A DNA stretch of 63,075 nt, counting the filler, from Basidiobolus ranarum (Eukaryota), in NCBI GenBank assembly GCA_040143965.1. It is 23 parts of 23 records of this genome, joined end to end, with 100 filler letters (N's around TTAATTAATTAA, not from the genome) between each part and the next. Parts side by side here need not be neighbours in the genome. Positions count along the whole stretch, not along the records: positions 35,781 to 38,425 come from JASJQH010003108.1; positions 38,526 to 41,170 come from JASJQH010003109.1; positions 41,271 to 43,914 come from JASJQH010003110.1; positions 44,015 to 46,657 come from JASJQH010003111.1; positions 46,758 to 49,397 come from JASJQH010003112.1; positions 49,498 to 52,135 come from JASJQH010003113.1; 17 more parts are not named here. The stretch is one strand, 5' to 3'. A model generated the notes under the pieces. It was not told the DNA's origin and ran no database searches. It saw only the letters and a list, made by a program, of their open reading frames with translations. The translations under genes and the position numbers were made by a program. Positions 37,774 to 49,808 of this stretch are shown here, piece after piece (position 1 is the stretch's first letter; every line of letters begins with the position of its first letter).

Positions 37774-38425
37774 CGTTAGAGATTTTGGGAGCCTGTTGGA
37801 AGTGGTTTGGAGAATTGCAGAAATTGGTAGTTTTCACTTGATAATTTATTGAGTAGAGAGTTAATATTTATAGTTTAGTCAAGATATCAACAAACTACTG
37901 TGTAGAATGTGCTAAGGAAGGTCCCAGAACCATGTGTGCAAAGTCTGGGGCTTCTGGCACAAGTTTGAAAAATCTCTGTATCTGAGAACATCAAAGTTGG
38001 TAAAAGTATTCTAAGTAAATTTCAATTGAGAATGATGGGCACTATCATAGCAAGATATGAGATAACCAAGTATTAAGCTATATATTACTATATACACTTT
38101 AGGCCAAGTTAATTTCAACACTCTCCCTCAAATAAATTGTTATATAAATTAATCATAAAGAAGGTCTAAATTTCTCCAATTGTTATCTAGCTAATGGTTT
38201 GGTTAATATGTCATCAATCATGTTTGCTCTAAAATAATAAAGTAAGTCAATAACCTTATTGTATAGATTCTCTGCAATGAAGTGATGTTTAATATCTATA
38301 TGTTTGCTCCAATCATGAAACATGGGATTTTTAGCTAATTTGATACAACTTTGATTATCTTCTAATATTGTAGTTAGTGAATTTTGAGAAGACCCTAGAT
38401 CTGTGAAGAGTTTTCTTAACCATAT
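37774..38425 (-). mobile_element. copia 3' LTR (37774-38120), PPT and RNase H end
   Basis: Minus strand TGAGGGAGAG|TGTTGAAA; upstream EDNQSCIKLAKNPMFHD..KHIDIKHHFI. Confidence 0.9.
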
Positions 38426-38632
38426 NNNNNNNNNNNNNNNNNNNNNNNNNNNNNNNNNNNNNNNNNNNNTTAATTAATTAANNNNNNNNNNNNNNNNNNN
38501 NNNNNNNNNNNNNNNNNNNNNNNNNATGTATACAGAGGTTTATTGAATATCGAAAGCAACTCTATTATATCATACATTGCAAGTATATATACATATTTGA
38601 GTGTCACTGACAAGTCGAAATAGTACATCAGT

Positions 38633-39415
38633 ATGCTTCCCAATCTCAATTTACTCTTTATCTCCGCTTTCATGATCCAAGTAGCTATTGGAGTTCCTTT
38701 GAGTGCGTCTTCTTCCAGTTATAGCAACATAGTAACACCGCAATCTAATCAGTTGATGGGAGGCATTGAAGAACAGTTTTTATCTACGCAGCAACCATCC
38801 AAACCAGAAAGTCAGTCTAAACAGCTCCCGCTCCTTAAGCAATTATTTGGTACGGTCTCCAGAAAGTATGCCAATCTAAATCATGCCAACGTCAATAGCC
38901 AAGGAAAGCCAAGCATTAAACATCAGTTTGGACCCAACTTTCGAGCTGAAAGTACCATAGAGAAGTCTAACCAAGGTGGACTCAGTGTCTTCAAGTCAAA
39001 TGCTGGGGCCAACATCTTTGCTGGATTGACTAAAACTCCACAAGAAACTCAAGGTGATGAAGCAAACTACCCAATACAGTCCCTGAGGAATTTAGTGTCA
39101 GGAAGTAGAGCATCAGTCCAACAGTTTGGGAATGGTCTAGGCAAATCTTTACCTCAGCAAGCCTTATTTAATCGAGTTCAACATAATTCGGCACAGACTG
39201 GACATGCTTTGTCAGATTCCAATCAGTTTGACCAAATGCAACGGATTGATCAAACACTATATCAACCATCGCAGCCTGTACAGGACTCTGAGCCTCCTCA
39301 AACTTCAGATGAGCAAGAACCGGAAAACTCAGATTCGGACTCGGGGGACTCAGATTGTAGAGGCTGTGGTCGCAGGTATCGTGGCCGTAGACGTCGCTTT
39401 GATCGCAGATATTGA
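38633..39415 (+). CDS. Intronless putative secreted protein (260 aa), Ser/Gln-rich, with an acidic stretch and Arg-rich C-terminus
   Basis: ATG-initiated ORF, hydrophobic N-terminus (MLPNLNLLFISAFMIQVAIG-VPL), retains CpG, ends DSDSGDSDCRGCGRRYRGRRRRFDRRY. Confidence 0.8.
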   Translation: MLPNLNLLFISAFMIQVAIGVPLSASSSSYSNIVTPQSNQLMGGIEEQFLSTQQPSKPESQSKQLPLLKQLFGTVSRKYANLNHANVNSQGKPSIKHQFGPNFRAESTIEKSNQGGLSVFKSNAGANIFAGLTKTPQETQGDEANYPIQSLRNLVSGSRASVQQFGNGLGKSLPQQALFNRVQHNSAQTGHALSDSNQFDQMQRIDQTLYQPSQPVQDSEPPQTSDEQEPENSDSDSGDSDCRGCGRRYRGRRRRFDRRY

Positions 39416-40349
39416 GAAACTATTTTACAGTATTGCGCCATTTATGTATTCAAATCTATTCAGAAATAGCGATAAAGTTCGAAATTACAACCTATGAAAT
39501 TTACCTTTTCCATTTGAATGATAGCTATTGCAGTACATAACATATCTTTGACAAGTGTAGTGTATAGGAGTTTGGTAAAGGCCTCAAAGAGTTAGGAGGA
39601 ATAACAGAGAGTTTGAGAGATGCAGTCCTACCAGATATGAAATATTGGGAGATATAATCCTCCTCACAAGCACTTATTACTCTCACTACAACAATTGGGT
39701 ATGTGCGTATTTTCCAAAGGTTGACTCTTGAATTTAAATCACCACATTGAGGAATCAAACACCATGTAGATGGTATACTTTCAGGGATGTAAAGTATCAA
39801 ATGTAGCTAGAAATACTCATACATCATGTACCTAATGAGTAAAGCATTGATCAGAGGAGTGAATTATATTTTGTATAGTAGGTAGGAGCTACTGAATTCT
39901 TGTTGATAACAAACATTCTGGCAACTGACAGTTAACCACAGCATAAACCAAATATACTGAAAATTTGCGATTGTACTGATGCCCACATTTAACACATAAT
40001 ATCTAGTAGTTCATAACTTGTGGGCTGTAAACTAGTTTCACATCTTGGATCAGTAAAATTTTTAATCATGTGAGTTGAAGTACTTTTGTGTTTCTGAGGT
40101 AATCCGTGACAATTGTTACCGTTTTATATCTGAATATTTCAAACTATACAAGTCATCTATTCCATCTATTTGTCATGAGATACTTAATATTTGCTAGTAT
40201 ACAACGAACATTTGAATGCAAAATTTAGTAAAAGAATCACTTATTACATTCAAATACTGTTGACCCTGTATTAGTCTTTCAACTGAACACCATATCAGAC
40301 ATAACAATAGCTTTTTATCTATAACATTTATTGAAGCTAGCATTGCCTA

Positions 40350-40909
40350 TGTTAAAGTATTTGGGAGCCTGTTGGAAGTGGTTTGGAGAATTAGAGGAAT
40401 TGGTGGTTTTCACTTATTGATTTATTGAGTAGAAAGTTGACATTTATAGTTTTGTCAAGATGTAAACAAAATAACGTGTAGAATATGTTAAGGAAGGTCC
40501 CAGGAACATGTGTGCAAAGTTTGGGACTTCTAGCACAAGTTTGAAAAATCTATATATCTGAGAACTTCTAAGTTGGTAAAAATATTCCAAGTAAATTCGA
40601 TTGAGAATAATTGATAATATCTTAGTGAATTATAAGATAACCAAGTACTAAGCTATATTGAACTAAGATATTACCCATTATTCAATATTGGAATTTACTT
40701 AGAGGTTTGAAGATATATAGATCTTAATAACTTGTGCTAGAAGCCCCAAGCTTTGCATACATGTTTCTGGGACCTTCCTCAACACATTCTAGACTTTGGT
40801 TTGCTTGCATCTTGACAAAAGTATAAATGTCAACTTTCTGCTCTATAAATCAATAAGTGAAAACCACCAATTCCAAACCACTTCCAACAGGCCCCCGAAT
40901 ACTTTAATA
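40350..40909. mobile_element. Two truncated LTR-A copies fused in inverted orientation
   Basis: 40350 to about 40658 is reverse-oriented LTR-A; about 40661-40909 is forward-oriented, ending AATACTTTAATA. Confidence 0.85.
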
Positions 40910-41271
40910 GTAATATGATTGTAGTCTCTTTGTCACCTAAAATAACTAAGATATATAAATATCTGGGACACTTTATTATTTCTATGGTTTCTTAATAACC
41001 CTTAGTCAAATCAAGAATGTATGATTGACAAGCAAGGCACAAGATTGGATAAGATGAATATACAAAGATATTTAGTCAGTATATGTGACTAATTGATTGA
41101 AAAGGTACATGTAAGCACAATTACTAATATAAGTCATTGACTAGGGAAAGTGTAAGAAGCCAAGGGAAGCNNNNNNNNNNNNNNNNNNNNNNNNNNNNNN
41201 NNNNNNNNNNNNNNTTAATTAATTAANNNNNNNNNNNNNNNNNNNNNNNNNNNNNNNNNNNNNNNNNNNNT

Positions 41272-41676
41272 GGCACCGGCGGCTCCGGCGGCGCGCATGG
41301 CGGTGCTGGCACTGGTGGGCGAGATAACGGCAAGGGCGGTACAGGAGCTGGTGCGTATGACTCTGGCAATGGTGGAAATGGGGGTGGTAATAGCGGTGCT
41401 GGCAATGGTAGTAGTAACAATGGCAACGGCGGTAACGGAGCTGGTGCTTATGACTCCGGAAAGGGCGGTAACGGTGGTGCTGGTAATGGTGGCGGTGAAA
41501 ACGGTAATGGCGGTAATGGAGCTGGTGCCTACGACTCTGGCAACGGTGGAAATGGTGGTGGTAATGGCGGTGCTGGCAATGGTAGTGGTAACAATGGCAA
41601 CGGTGGTAACGGAGCTGGTGGTTATGACTCTGGAAAGGGCGGAAATGGTAATGGTGAATCAGACAGCGATATATAG
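41272..41676 (+). CDS. C-terminus of a Gly/Asn-rich repetitive protein (GNGGNGAGAYDSG repeats)
   Basis: Open frame of 135 codons from the contig edge to TAG at 41674-41676. Four GAG(A/G)YDSG units with synonymous third-position variation show which frame is coding. Not in the ORF track (no start on contig). Confidence 0.85.
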   Translation, partial: GTGGSGGAHGGAGTGGRDNGKGGTGAGAYDSGNGGNGGGNSGAGNGSSNNGNGGNGAGAYDSGKGGNGGAGNGGGENGNGGNGAGAYDSGNGGNGGGNGGAGNGSGNNGNGGNGAGGYDSGKGGNGNGESDSDI

Positions 41677-42103
41677 ATTTATGATTCGAAGTTATAATTT
41701 TCTAGATAACTCCTATGTAATCCCACTGAAAGCAAACTACCTGAATATATATTTAATAAAGATTAATTTGAAAGCCAAATGGCTAACCTTGAGATGATGA
41801 GTCATCAATCGGAGCGTTCTAACAATAGATGTTTATCTAGCGCCTGTTAAAACACATTAAAAGGGATACTACTGCTTTATGGATGCATTAATGATGTGTA
41901 AAAATGCTAAGAAATTGAATGCAATTAGTTGCGATAAATTTCTAAATCTAAGCACTCTATTTTGGAGTAATGCTCTACCACAAATATTTAATATTTATAA
42001 AGGCGTATTCAATCCATGAATATGGTCATAGATTTATGGTTAGGGTATTAGTATTTGATTATTGTTAACAAGTACATGCTGGTTAACTAAGCTCACAAGT
42101 ACA

Positions 42104-42450
42104 TGTTGAAATTAGCATTGCCTAAACACCTATATAGTCATATATACCTTAGTACTTAGTTATCTTATCTCCACTAACAAATTATCCATTATTCTCAATC
42201 AGCATTTACTTAGAATATTTTTACCAACTTAGAAGTTCTCAGATATATAGATTTTTCAAACTTGTGCTAGAAGCCCCAAACTTGGTACACATATTCCTGG
42301 GACCTTTCTTAACACATTCTACACATTAGTTTGTTTACATCTTGACAAAACTATAAATGTCAACTGAATACTCCATGATTCAATAAGTGAAAACCACCAA
42401 TCTCTCTATTTCCCCAAACCACTCCCAACAGGCTCCCAAATACTTTAACA
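42104..42450 (+). mobile_element. Full-length LTR family A (347 bp)
   Basis: TGTTGAAATTAG...TACTTTAACA; no matching TSD. Confidence 0.9.
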
Positions 42451-43316
42451 CTATCTATCTTAAGGAATTTGAATGTTTCCAAAAAAGCATCTATCTTGCT
42501 ATTCCAAGCTCTTGGAGATTGTTTTGATCAATAAAGTGTTTTCCAGAGTCTGCAAACTTTTTTAGGTTATTCTGAGTCCACAAATCCATCTAGCTGGTTC
42601 ATATAGATCTCCTCAGCAAGCTCACCATTCAAAAAAGCAGTTTTAACATCCATTTGATATATAATAAACTGATATTTAGCTGAAATTGCTAAAATCAATC
42701 TGATTGAATTAAACTTTGCTACAGGAGCAAAAGTGTCTGTATAATCTATTCCTGGTATTTGGGAATAGCCTTTGGCTACTAGTCTAGCCTTATACCTTTC
42801 TATATTGTCATCAGAGTTGTATTTAACTTTAAACACCCATTGGCAGCCATTTGATTTTCTATCATCAGGTAAGTTGGTTCAAGTCTAAGTTTGACTATCT
42901 ATCAAAGCCTGATACACATCAGCCATTGCAGATCTCAAAAATATGGTGTGAAGGCCATTCGGGGCCTTTTTTACTGTCTGGGGCTCATGTATTTGAGCTG
43001 TGCAGCCATAGTCCCAATAATGGACTCATTGATATAGTTATCAGGGCCATTTTATGATTTGATTTGATCTCCAGGTTTGGGATAAAGGTACTACAACTTC
43101 TGGCATTGTATTGGGCACCTCAGTGGGCAACATTTTGTTGAAGATCTACAAGAATACTATTTCCTTTATTGTTTTGGTTTGAATCAATTTGAATAATTCG
43201 ATCAGGAGAAAATTGATATTTGTCATCATCTGAGGTCATTTTGGGTGAAAATATTTCATTTTCATTAAAAAAACATCCCTGGACTTGATTAACTTGGAAA
43301 TTTTGGTATCACAGAG
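42451..43316 (-). mobile_element. copia family 1 RT N-terminal region
   Basis: [38 protein letters not shown]...[18 protein letters not shown]. Confidence 0.96.
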
Positions 43317-43670
43317 CCCTAACAAAAATAAAATCAGTTTGATCTGGATCAGATCCACCCTTCTAAATTGCAAAACTGTCAGAGAACTGTCAAAATATTG
43401 GTGGCTTGCATTCAGCCAGGGATTTTGATGATGTGATGGCAGTTGCTTCATGGTATTTTGACAGTATTCATACCTGTTAAAATATTGATCCTCATATTTG
43501 GCTTGCATGGTTAATTTCTGACAATTTTTGCAAAAATATAATTTTCTAATGGCAAATTACTGGGTTTACTGCTGTAGAAATTAAAATAAATATGCATGCC
43601 ATTATTTAGATATTTTTGGCTTTGTATTCCAGCCATAATGAGAAGCAAAAAATACAAGAATCTTGTTGCA
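43317..43670 (-). mobile_element. CACTA right end inserted in copia
   Basis: CCCTAACAAAAATAAAATC start. Confidence 0.88.
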
Positions 43671-44014
43671 TGTTGTGTCCAAGAGAAAAGTGGATAAAAA
43701 GTCATGAACTTTACTGAACCAAACAAACAGTTAAGTGCAGATTCTTAGAACTGTTTTAAGCAGAATATATCAGCAGAGCAGATCTAACTAATATATGTCT
43801 TGAGAATAGCAGTGGGTTGCTATGTTATGGTAGAGAGTAGGTTTGCTAGGCAGCTAGGCTTGGTGTTCTGTAGGTGCTAGTGGATACTAGGCTTGGATAG
43901 AAATGAGAGAGGAANNNNNNNNNNNNNNNNNNNNNNNNNNNNNNNNNNNNNNNNNNNNTTAATTAATTAANNNNNNNNNNNNNNNNNNNNNNNNNNNNNN
44001 NNNNNNNNNNNNNN

Positions 44015-44253
44015 GTTCAGAACATCTGTGGGAGTAAAATGAGCTATCTTTGGGGCAATTTAGATGAGTTTGAAATTTCCAATATGGAATTGCTAATTCT
44101 CACATTATTCACATATGTATATAATATATGTTCCAATTTTCAGCCAAGTGATATTGGACTAAGTAATGTTAACTAACTTCTATGTGATATATGAAATATT
44201 TAGGTGTATAAAGATAGAGATAACAAATGTGATAAAGACAATAAACTTCAACA
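44015..44253 (-). mobile_element. LTR family C (partial) inserted in the CACTA transposase
   Basis: Reverse complement of sequence at 9976-10230; ends CTTCAACA on plus. Confidence 0.85.
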
Positions 44254-46623
44254 TATCAGAAGTTGAAGAAGAACACAACAGTTTTGTTATGGACTCTTTG
44301 TTATTGGCAAGCATTAGTCCACTCATAACACTTACAGTAAAGGAAGCAGCTTTGACTAATGAGGAGTGGAGAGTTCAATCCAATCTTAGCAACCAGGTGT
44401 TTATTGGTTTTCTTACACTTTGACCACAGTTGTTTGGCAACTGTTGCTTGCCACAGACCTGGTACAAGTGGAAAACACTTGTCAATTGTATGACTTATAA
44501 TCCTTCAGTAATTATACTACCTTCATGTTCAAATGGTTGTTTGGCTTTCACCAGTGATATGAAAAACCTGAAGTCATGTACTATTTGCACACAATTGGCA
44601 ATCACTGAATCAGGTAAATATTGTTCATATTTGTCTTAAATACCAGTGATTCCCTGTCTTAGAGTTTTGATGAAATCACCCAAATATAGATCATTGATCC
44701 AATTCGAAAGTACTCACCATAAAGCTAATGGTATTGCCAATATACTTGATGGATATCACTACCAGAATCTGAATATTCAAGGTTTCATTGAGATCATGTA
44801 TGATCATGCATTTGCATTGGCTCTGGATGGTTTCTTACTAAACAAATATACCATTGGAAAGGCTTACTGGCCAATAATTTTAATTAACTTAAATCTTCCT
44901 CCTTCTGAATGGTATAAGAGTAATAATATTTTCATACTAATCAACATATCTGGACCTAAATCACCATTGCTTATAGATAGCTCCTTGAAGCCTTTGATTG
45001 TGGAATTTGAATGGTTATCTAATGGGGTTCAGATGGGTTAATATTTCTTCAAAGCTAATATCATTGTATGTATTTGAAACTCCTGCCATCAGTAAATGTG
45101 GAGGTTTTTGTAAGCACAATGCACTATCTTGATATAAATTTTGTCAAATCAATGGAGTTTACTCTATCAGGCATACACATTACCACTATATAAATACAAA
45201 ACTACACTCCATGATTTCACCATCAAGAGCCCACTCAGATTTCAAAATGCTCACTGATATCAATACACCAAATAGTCAGTCTAACATCAAACTTGGTATT
45301 AGCTGTAAGCTCAAGATTATGTTGCTAAAGGGGATCAGCCAGAGTCAGAGCTTCCCATCAGGCACTAGGCACTTACTATACAACAACATTCCGGTACTAG
45401 TTACTCAGCTATATAGTTGAAAATTCAACATGAATGAGCCATTCAAGATAGGATCAAAGTTTGAATAAAGTGGGAAGATGCTTGATAACATCAAGATATC
45501 ATCATATTTTACCAGGACTCCCATGAATACCCACTCATCTAGGCATTAATTTGAATGCAAAGATTGCAAGGATTGGATAAGTATATATTCAAGTGGAATC
45601 TAGAAAAGATTTCTGCCTGAAACATATTGGCAACATTGAGAGTTATTTGTGGATATTGTTGATATATTCCTATGGCATCAACTCACATTAGCAGATCTTA
45701 GGCAGAAACAGCAACTGTGCAAAGAGTTTGTAATTGAATATGAAAATTTTATTACAGGTTTATGGAAGATGGACTAACTCTATGCTGGTACTCAATAAAT
45801 TTTATGCTGCATCTTTCACAATGCTTAGAGATTATAGGCCCTTGCTATACATTCTGAGAGTTCCTTAAGGAGCACACCTGCAGTGAAATGATGCTCTGTG
45901 TGAAATCATCAGTATTACCATATGCTACTCCAATTAACAATGTATTAGCAAATTCTGTGATGGATGTATTGTGATGGGTTAAGGAGACTCCAGTGTATAT
46001 TAACCTTATGACAAGGGGCTCTTTTCAATGTGCACATGGGTTTTTGCATTATTTGAGTACAATAACAGCAACAAAACCCAATCCATGGACACAGAGTAAG
46101 TATCTCTATAATTTGGACTAATTTGTTTGTGTGATGATCTGATGGTATTTCTTAGAAAGCTACAAGACAGACTTGCTGATGCAATATATCAAGATATGCA
46201 GTATTATTGTTTTAGCCATGGGGTAATCTATTCAAGCAATGACACATCTACTTGTGGCAAGACATTTGTTGAGTGCAAGTTGGGGATATTTTGGCTGAAT
46301 TCTTTACAGATATTTACCAAAATCCAAGAGCTTATTCTTATTGTAAATAGTAACAAGAGTCAGTTATTTGCCAAGTGTCAGTGCTATTCAAAATTTCAGA
46401 TGTTTAGCTATTTTTCCACCATTGGTTTGCTGGTAAAGCATATTGATGGTGATCAGCATTTTAACATGTATTAATATCAACAAATACTGTGAAGAAGCCA
46501 CCATCTCAGCATCAAAATCCCTGACAGAATGCAAGCCACCAATATTATCATGGTTCTCTAATGGTTTTGCAATCTGGAAGGGTCAATCCAATCTGGATCA
46601 AGTCAATTTAATTTTTGTTAGGG
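44254..46623 (+). mobile_element. Near-complete degenerate CACTA Tnp2 transposase with right end
   Basis: Same motifs as 17950-19180 and 24786-26948; ends TTTTTGTTAGGG; small deletion near 46450. Confidence 0.93.
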
Positions 46624-47028
46624 AAACTATCAATGTCAACTCTCTACTCAGTAAATTNNNNNNNNNNNNNNNNNNNNNNNNNNNNNNNNNNNNNNNNNNN
46701 NTTAATTAATTAANNNNNNNNNNNNNNNNNNNNNNNNNNNNNNNNNNNNNNNNNNNNGTACTACAATTTCTGGCATAGTATTGGGCATTTTAGTAGACAA
46801 TTTTGGCTGAAGGGTCCATAGGAATGCTATTTTCTTCATTGTTTAGGTTTGAATCAATGTGAATGAATAGATCAGGAGAAATTGATTTTTGTCATCATCT
46901 GAGATCATTTTGGGTGGAATTTCTTCATTTTCAATAAATAAAACAACCCTGTACTTGATTAACTTGAACATTTTAGCTGTTGCAACAGATTCTGCCTAAA
47001 AGTTTTGACATAAATTTTGAGCATTTAT

Positions 47029-47758
47029 TGTCATGATTCTGATCTTGTCATACTGATCCACTGCAAATAGAACTATTTTATTATTAGATTATGACATCAT
47101 ATCTGCTGTGCCATCCCTTCTTGGCAATCTGGTGTTAGTTCATCCAGATTACCTTATATGGAGGTCATGTTCTTGGGAACATTCCATGAAACCTAACCAA
47201 TCATGTCATCCCACACATAATGTATTTCCGCCAAGACCTTCCATGGAAGGTCACCTGATCATCCTTACATCATCCTTACATCATCCCTCTTTGTATTGGT
47301 CCTTGTAAGTCCCTAACACCCAACTCTCAAACTTGCCACAGTGGACTTGTTCCATTGTGCCAGGATTTATCAGACCTTGGATCAAAATATTAGAGTAAAT
47401 ATGATTGAAATTGATCATGCCAGAGGATGATGGATAGTGCCAGATTGTGCCGCATGAATCTTAGAATACTTTATCCAATATGAAATATACAGCACAATCT
47501 GGCACTATCACAGAGAACAAGTCCAGTATATTCTGTATTCAGTATATTATGTTTCATCTTGCAATATCTATATAACCCCATGTATTCCTTGATCAGATCT
47601 CAGTCTGATCAATGCCAGTTATCAATAAAGACTCTTGCCAAAGTATCTTCCTTGTCCAGTCTTGTCTTTTCTTGTCTTGTGGTCTACACCCAAGTACACT
47701 CCTGCCTTCTAGTCTCTTGTCATTGTTTCCAGTCCTTGTCCAGTTCCTTATTGTGACA
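47029..47758 (-). mobile_element. Solo LTR family B with 5-bp TSD TTTAT
   Basis: TGTCATG...TGTGACA, with TTTAT at 47024-47028 and 47759-47763. Confidence 0.92.
47343..47524. mobile_element. MITE (182 bp), 10-bp TIR GGACTTGTTC, 3-bp TSD AGT
   Basis: Absent from other LTR-B copies, which read ...GCCACAGTATATT...; GGACTTGTTC / GAACAAGTCC ends; AGT duplicated. Confidence 0.88.
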
Positions 47759-49268
47759 TTTATCATACATCTTGCCATTTTTATTATTGCTAGGTCAGCT
47801 CTTTCACTAACTCCATTTTGTTGAGGTGATTAGGGGGCAGTGGTTTCTTGCTTTATTTCATGAACTTTGCAAAAGTGCTTAAATAATGTTGAATTATATT
47901 CTCCACCATTATCTGTATATATTTTCTTGATTCTAGTCCAGTTTCAGTCTCCACAAGTTTTTAAAGATCCCTAAAGATAGAGTAAGCTTCTTCTTTTCTT
48001 TCCACAAAGTATACCCATGTGTAACTTGAATAATCATCAATAAATGTAATTAAATATCTTTCTCCACCAAGAGATAAATTTTGCATTGGTCCACACTAAT
48101 CTGAATGAATTGGATCCAATTTTTTGACAGATTTGATTAAACCAGAGCTCTTGAATGGTTGCCTGGCTTGTTTTCCATATATAGAAACCTTGCAAATATC
48201 CATTTTGGTTGGGGGGTTGATTTGAATTGCAGAAATTAGGTGATTTTTGATCATTTTGCCCAAATATTCAAATACAAGATAGCCAAATCTTTTATGGCTT
48301 AATTCAATAGTTTCTTGATTAGAATAACTTATATTCAAACATAAACCTCTTGGATTCTATGTAAGTTTCTATAAGTTCTGATTTTTTTTTCTCCCAAAGT
48401 TAAACAACTCCCAGTTTAATCATTGATGGTGCATCCTGACCTATCAAAATTGAATGTTAGCCCTTCTGAGGTGACCTTGCATAGAGATGCTAATTTCTTG
48501 GCAATATCTGAAGCATGTAGTACATCCTTAATGGTATACACTTTCTCTTCAAAAGCTCCAGTTAAACTGACTTGAATTATACCTATTCCAATAGCATCCA
48601 ATGTTCAGTCATCTCCCATGAAAACCTTTCTAATTGGATTTCTTCTTTATCCACAAACCAATGTTTTTCATTTGTGAAATGTTGAGAGCCTCCAGAATCA
48701 ATATACCCGATCTGGGACTCTTGTTGGCAGTCATTGATAGAGCACATATGAACAAGTGATCTTCTGTTGTAACCACATTTTCAGATTCAGTATATTTTTC
48801 TTCTTTTGCAATTCTTTTAAAGCATTCTTTGCTTAAATAGCTAGTTCTTTTACAGTAATCACAAAATGTGTTACTTTTCTTCTTAAAGTTCTTTTGATCT
48901 ATATAGTAGGGTTTCCCATAGCCTATTAAAGCATTTTCTCCATTTTTTTGGTCAGATCCTGATTTGCATAAATCTTCATCCAGAAGTGTGCTAAATGCAT
49001 AATATAAGATCAAATTTTCATTTCTTGATTCTAGAGCCAATACTAGGCTCTGAAACATGTGTGGCAGGCTATTTAGGACTATAACTATGATATCTTGATC
49101 AGTAGCAGGTACTCCAATGCATTCCTTTTCATCCACTAGAATAGTGACTCAATTGATTAGTGATTTACTGTCTTCTCCTGGCTTCATCTTTAAATTAAAG
49201 AATTGTCTTCTTAGAAACATCTTGTTGGCAGCAGAACTTGTTTGGCACGTGTCTTCCAAGGCTTTCCA

Positions 49269-49397
49269 TGTTGAAGATTATTGTCCTTATCATATTTATT
49301 ATCTCTATCTTTTACACCTAACTATTTCATATATCACATATAAGTTAGTTAACATTACTTAGTCAAATATCACTTAGCTGAAAATCGGAACATATAT
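49269..49397 (+). mobile_element. LTR family C (partial)
   Basis: TGTTGAAG.TTATTGTC...CACCTAACTATTTCATATATCACATATAAG. Confidence 0.85.
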
Positions 49398-49497
49398 NNN
49401 NNNNNNNNNNNNNNNNNNNNNNNNNNNNNNNNNNNNNNNNNTTAATTAATTAANNNNNNNNNNNNNNNNNNNNNNNNNNNNNNNNNNNNNNNNNNNN

Positions 49498-49808
49498 AGA
49501 AATAGAGAAATAGGTGGCTTTCACTTGTTGATTTATAGAATAGAAAGTAGACATTTATAGTTTTGTCAAGGTGCAAATATACTATCATGTGGAATGTGTT
49601 AAGAAAGGTCCCAGGAACATATATGCAAGGTCTGGGGCATCTAGCACAGGTTTGAAAAATCTTTATTTCCAAGAACTTTTGAGTTGGTAAGAATATTTTA
49701 AGTAAATTACAATTGAGAATAATGGATAGTATCTTAGTGAATTATAAGATAACTAAGTATCAAGCTATACATGACTATATAGGTGTTTAGACAATGCTAA
49801 TTTAAACA
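49498..49808 (-). mobile_element. LTR family A, diverged, partial
   Basis: Homology to 42104-42450, reverse orientation. Confidence 0.8.

Larger units (their letters stand above)
46758..49268 (-). mobile_element. copia family 1 gag-protease-integrase, degenerate, with nested insertions
   Basis: NSLPHMFQSLV, CDYCKRT..., YIDSGGSQH, HKRFGYL, DPIHSD, DNGGEY, P..NGVSERA; integrase MARCMINAQNL..F.AESVATA is restored across the LTR insertion. Confidence 0.93.

Noticed and set aside
41297-41797. 166-aa Val/Met/Ala-rich ORF in the track (and the Pro-rich ORF on minus)
   Set aside because: Shadow frames of the Gly-rich repeat gene; synonymous variation supports the frame starting at 41272.
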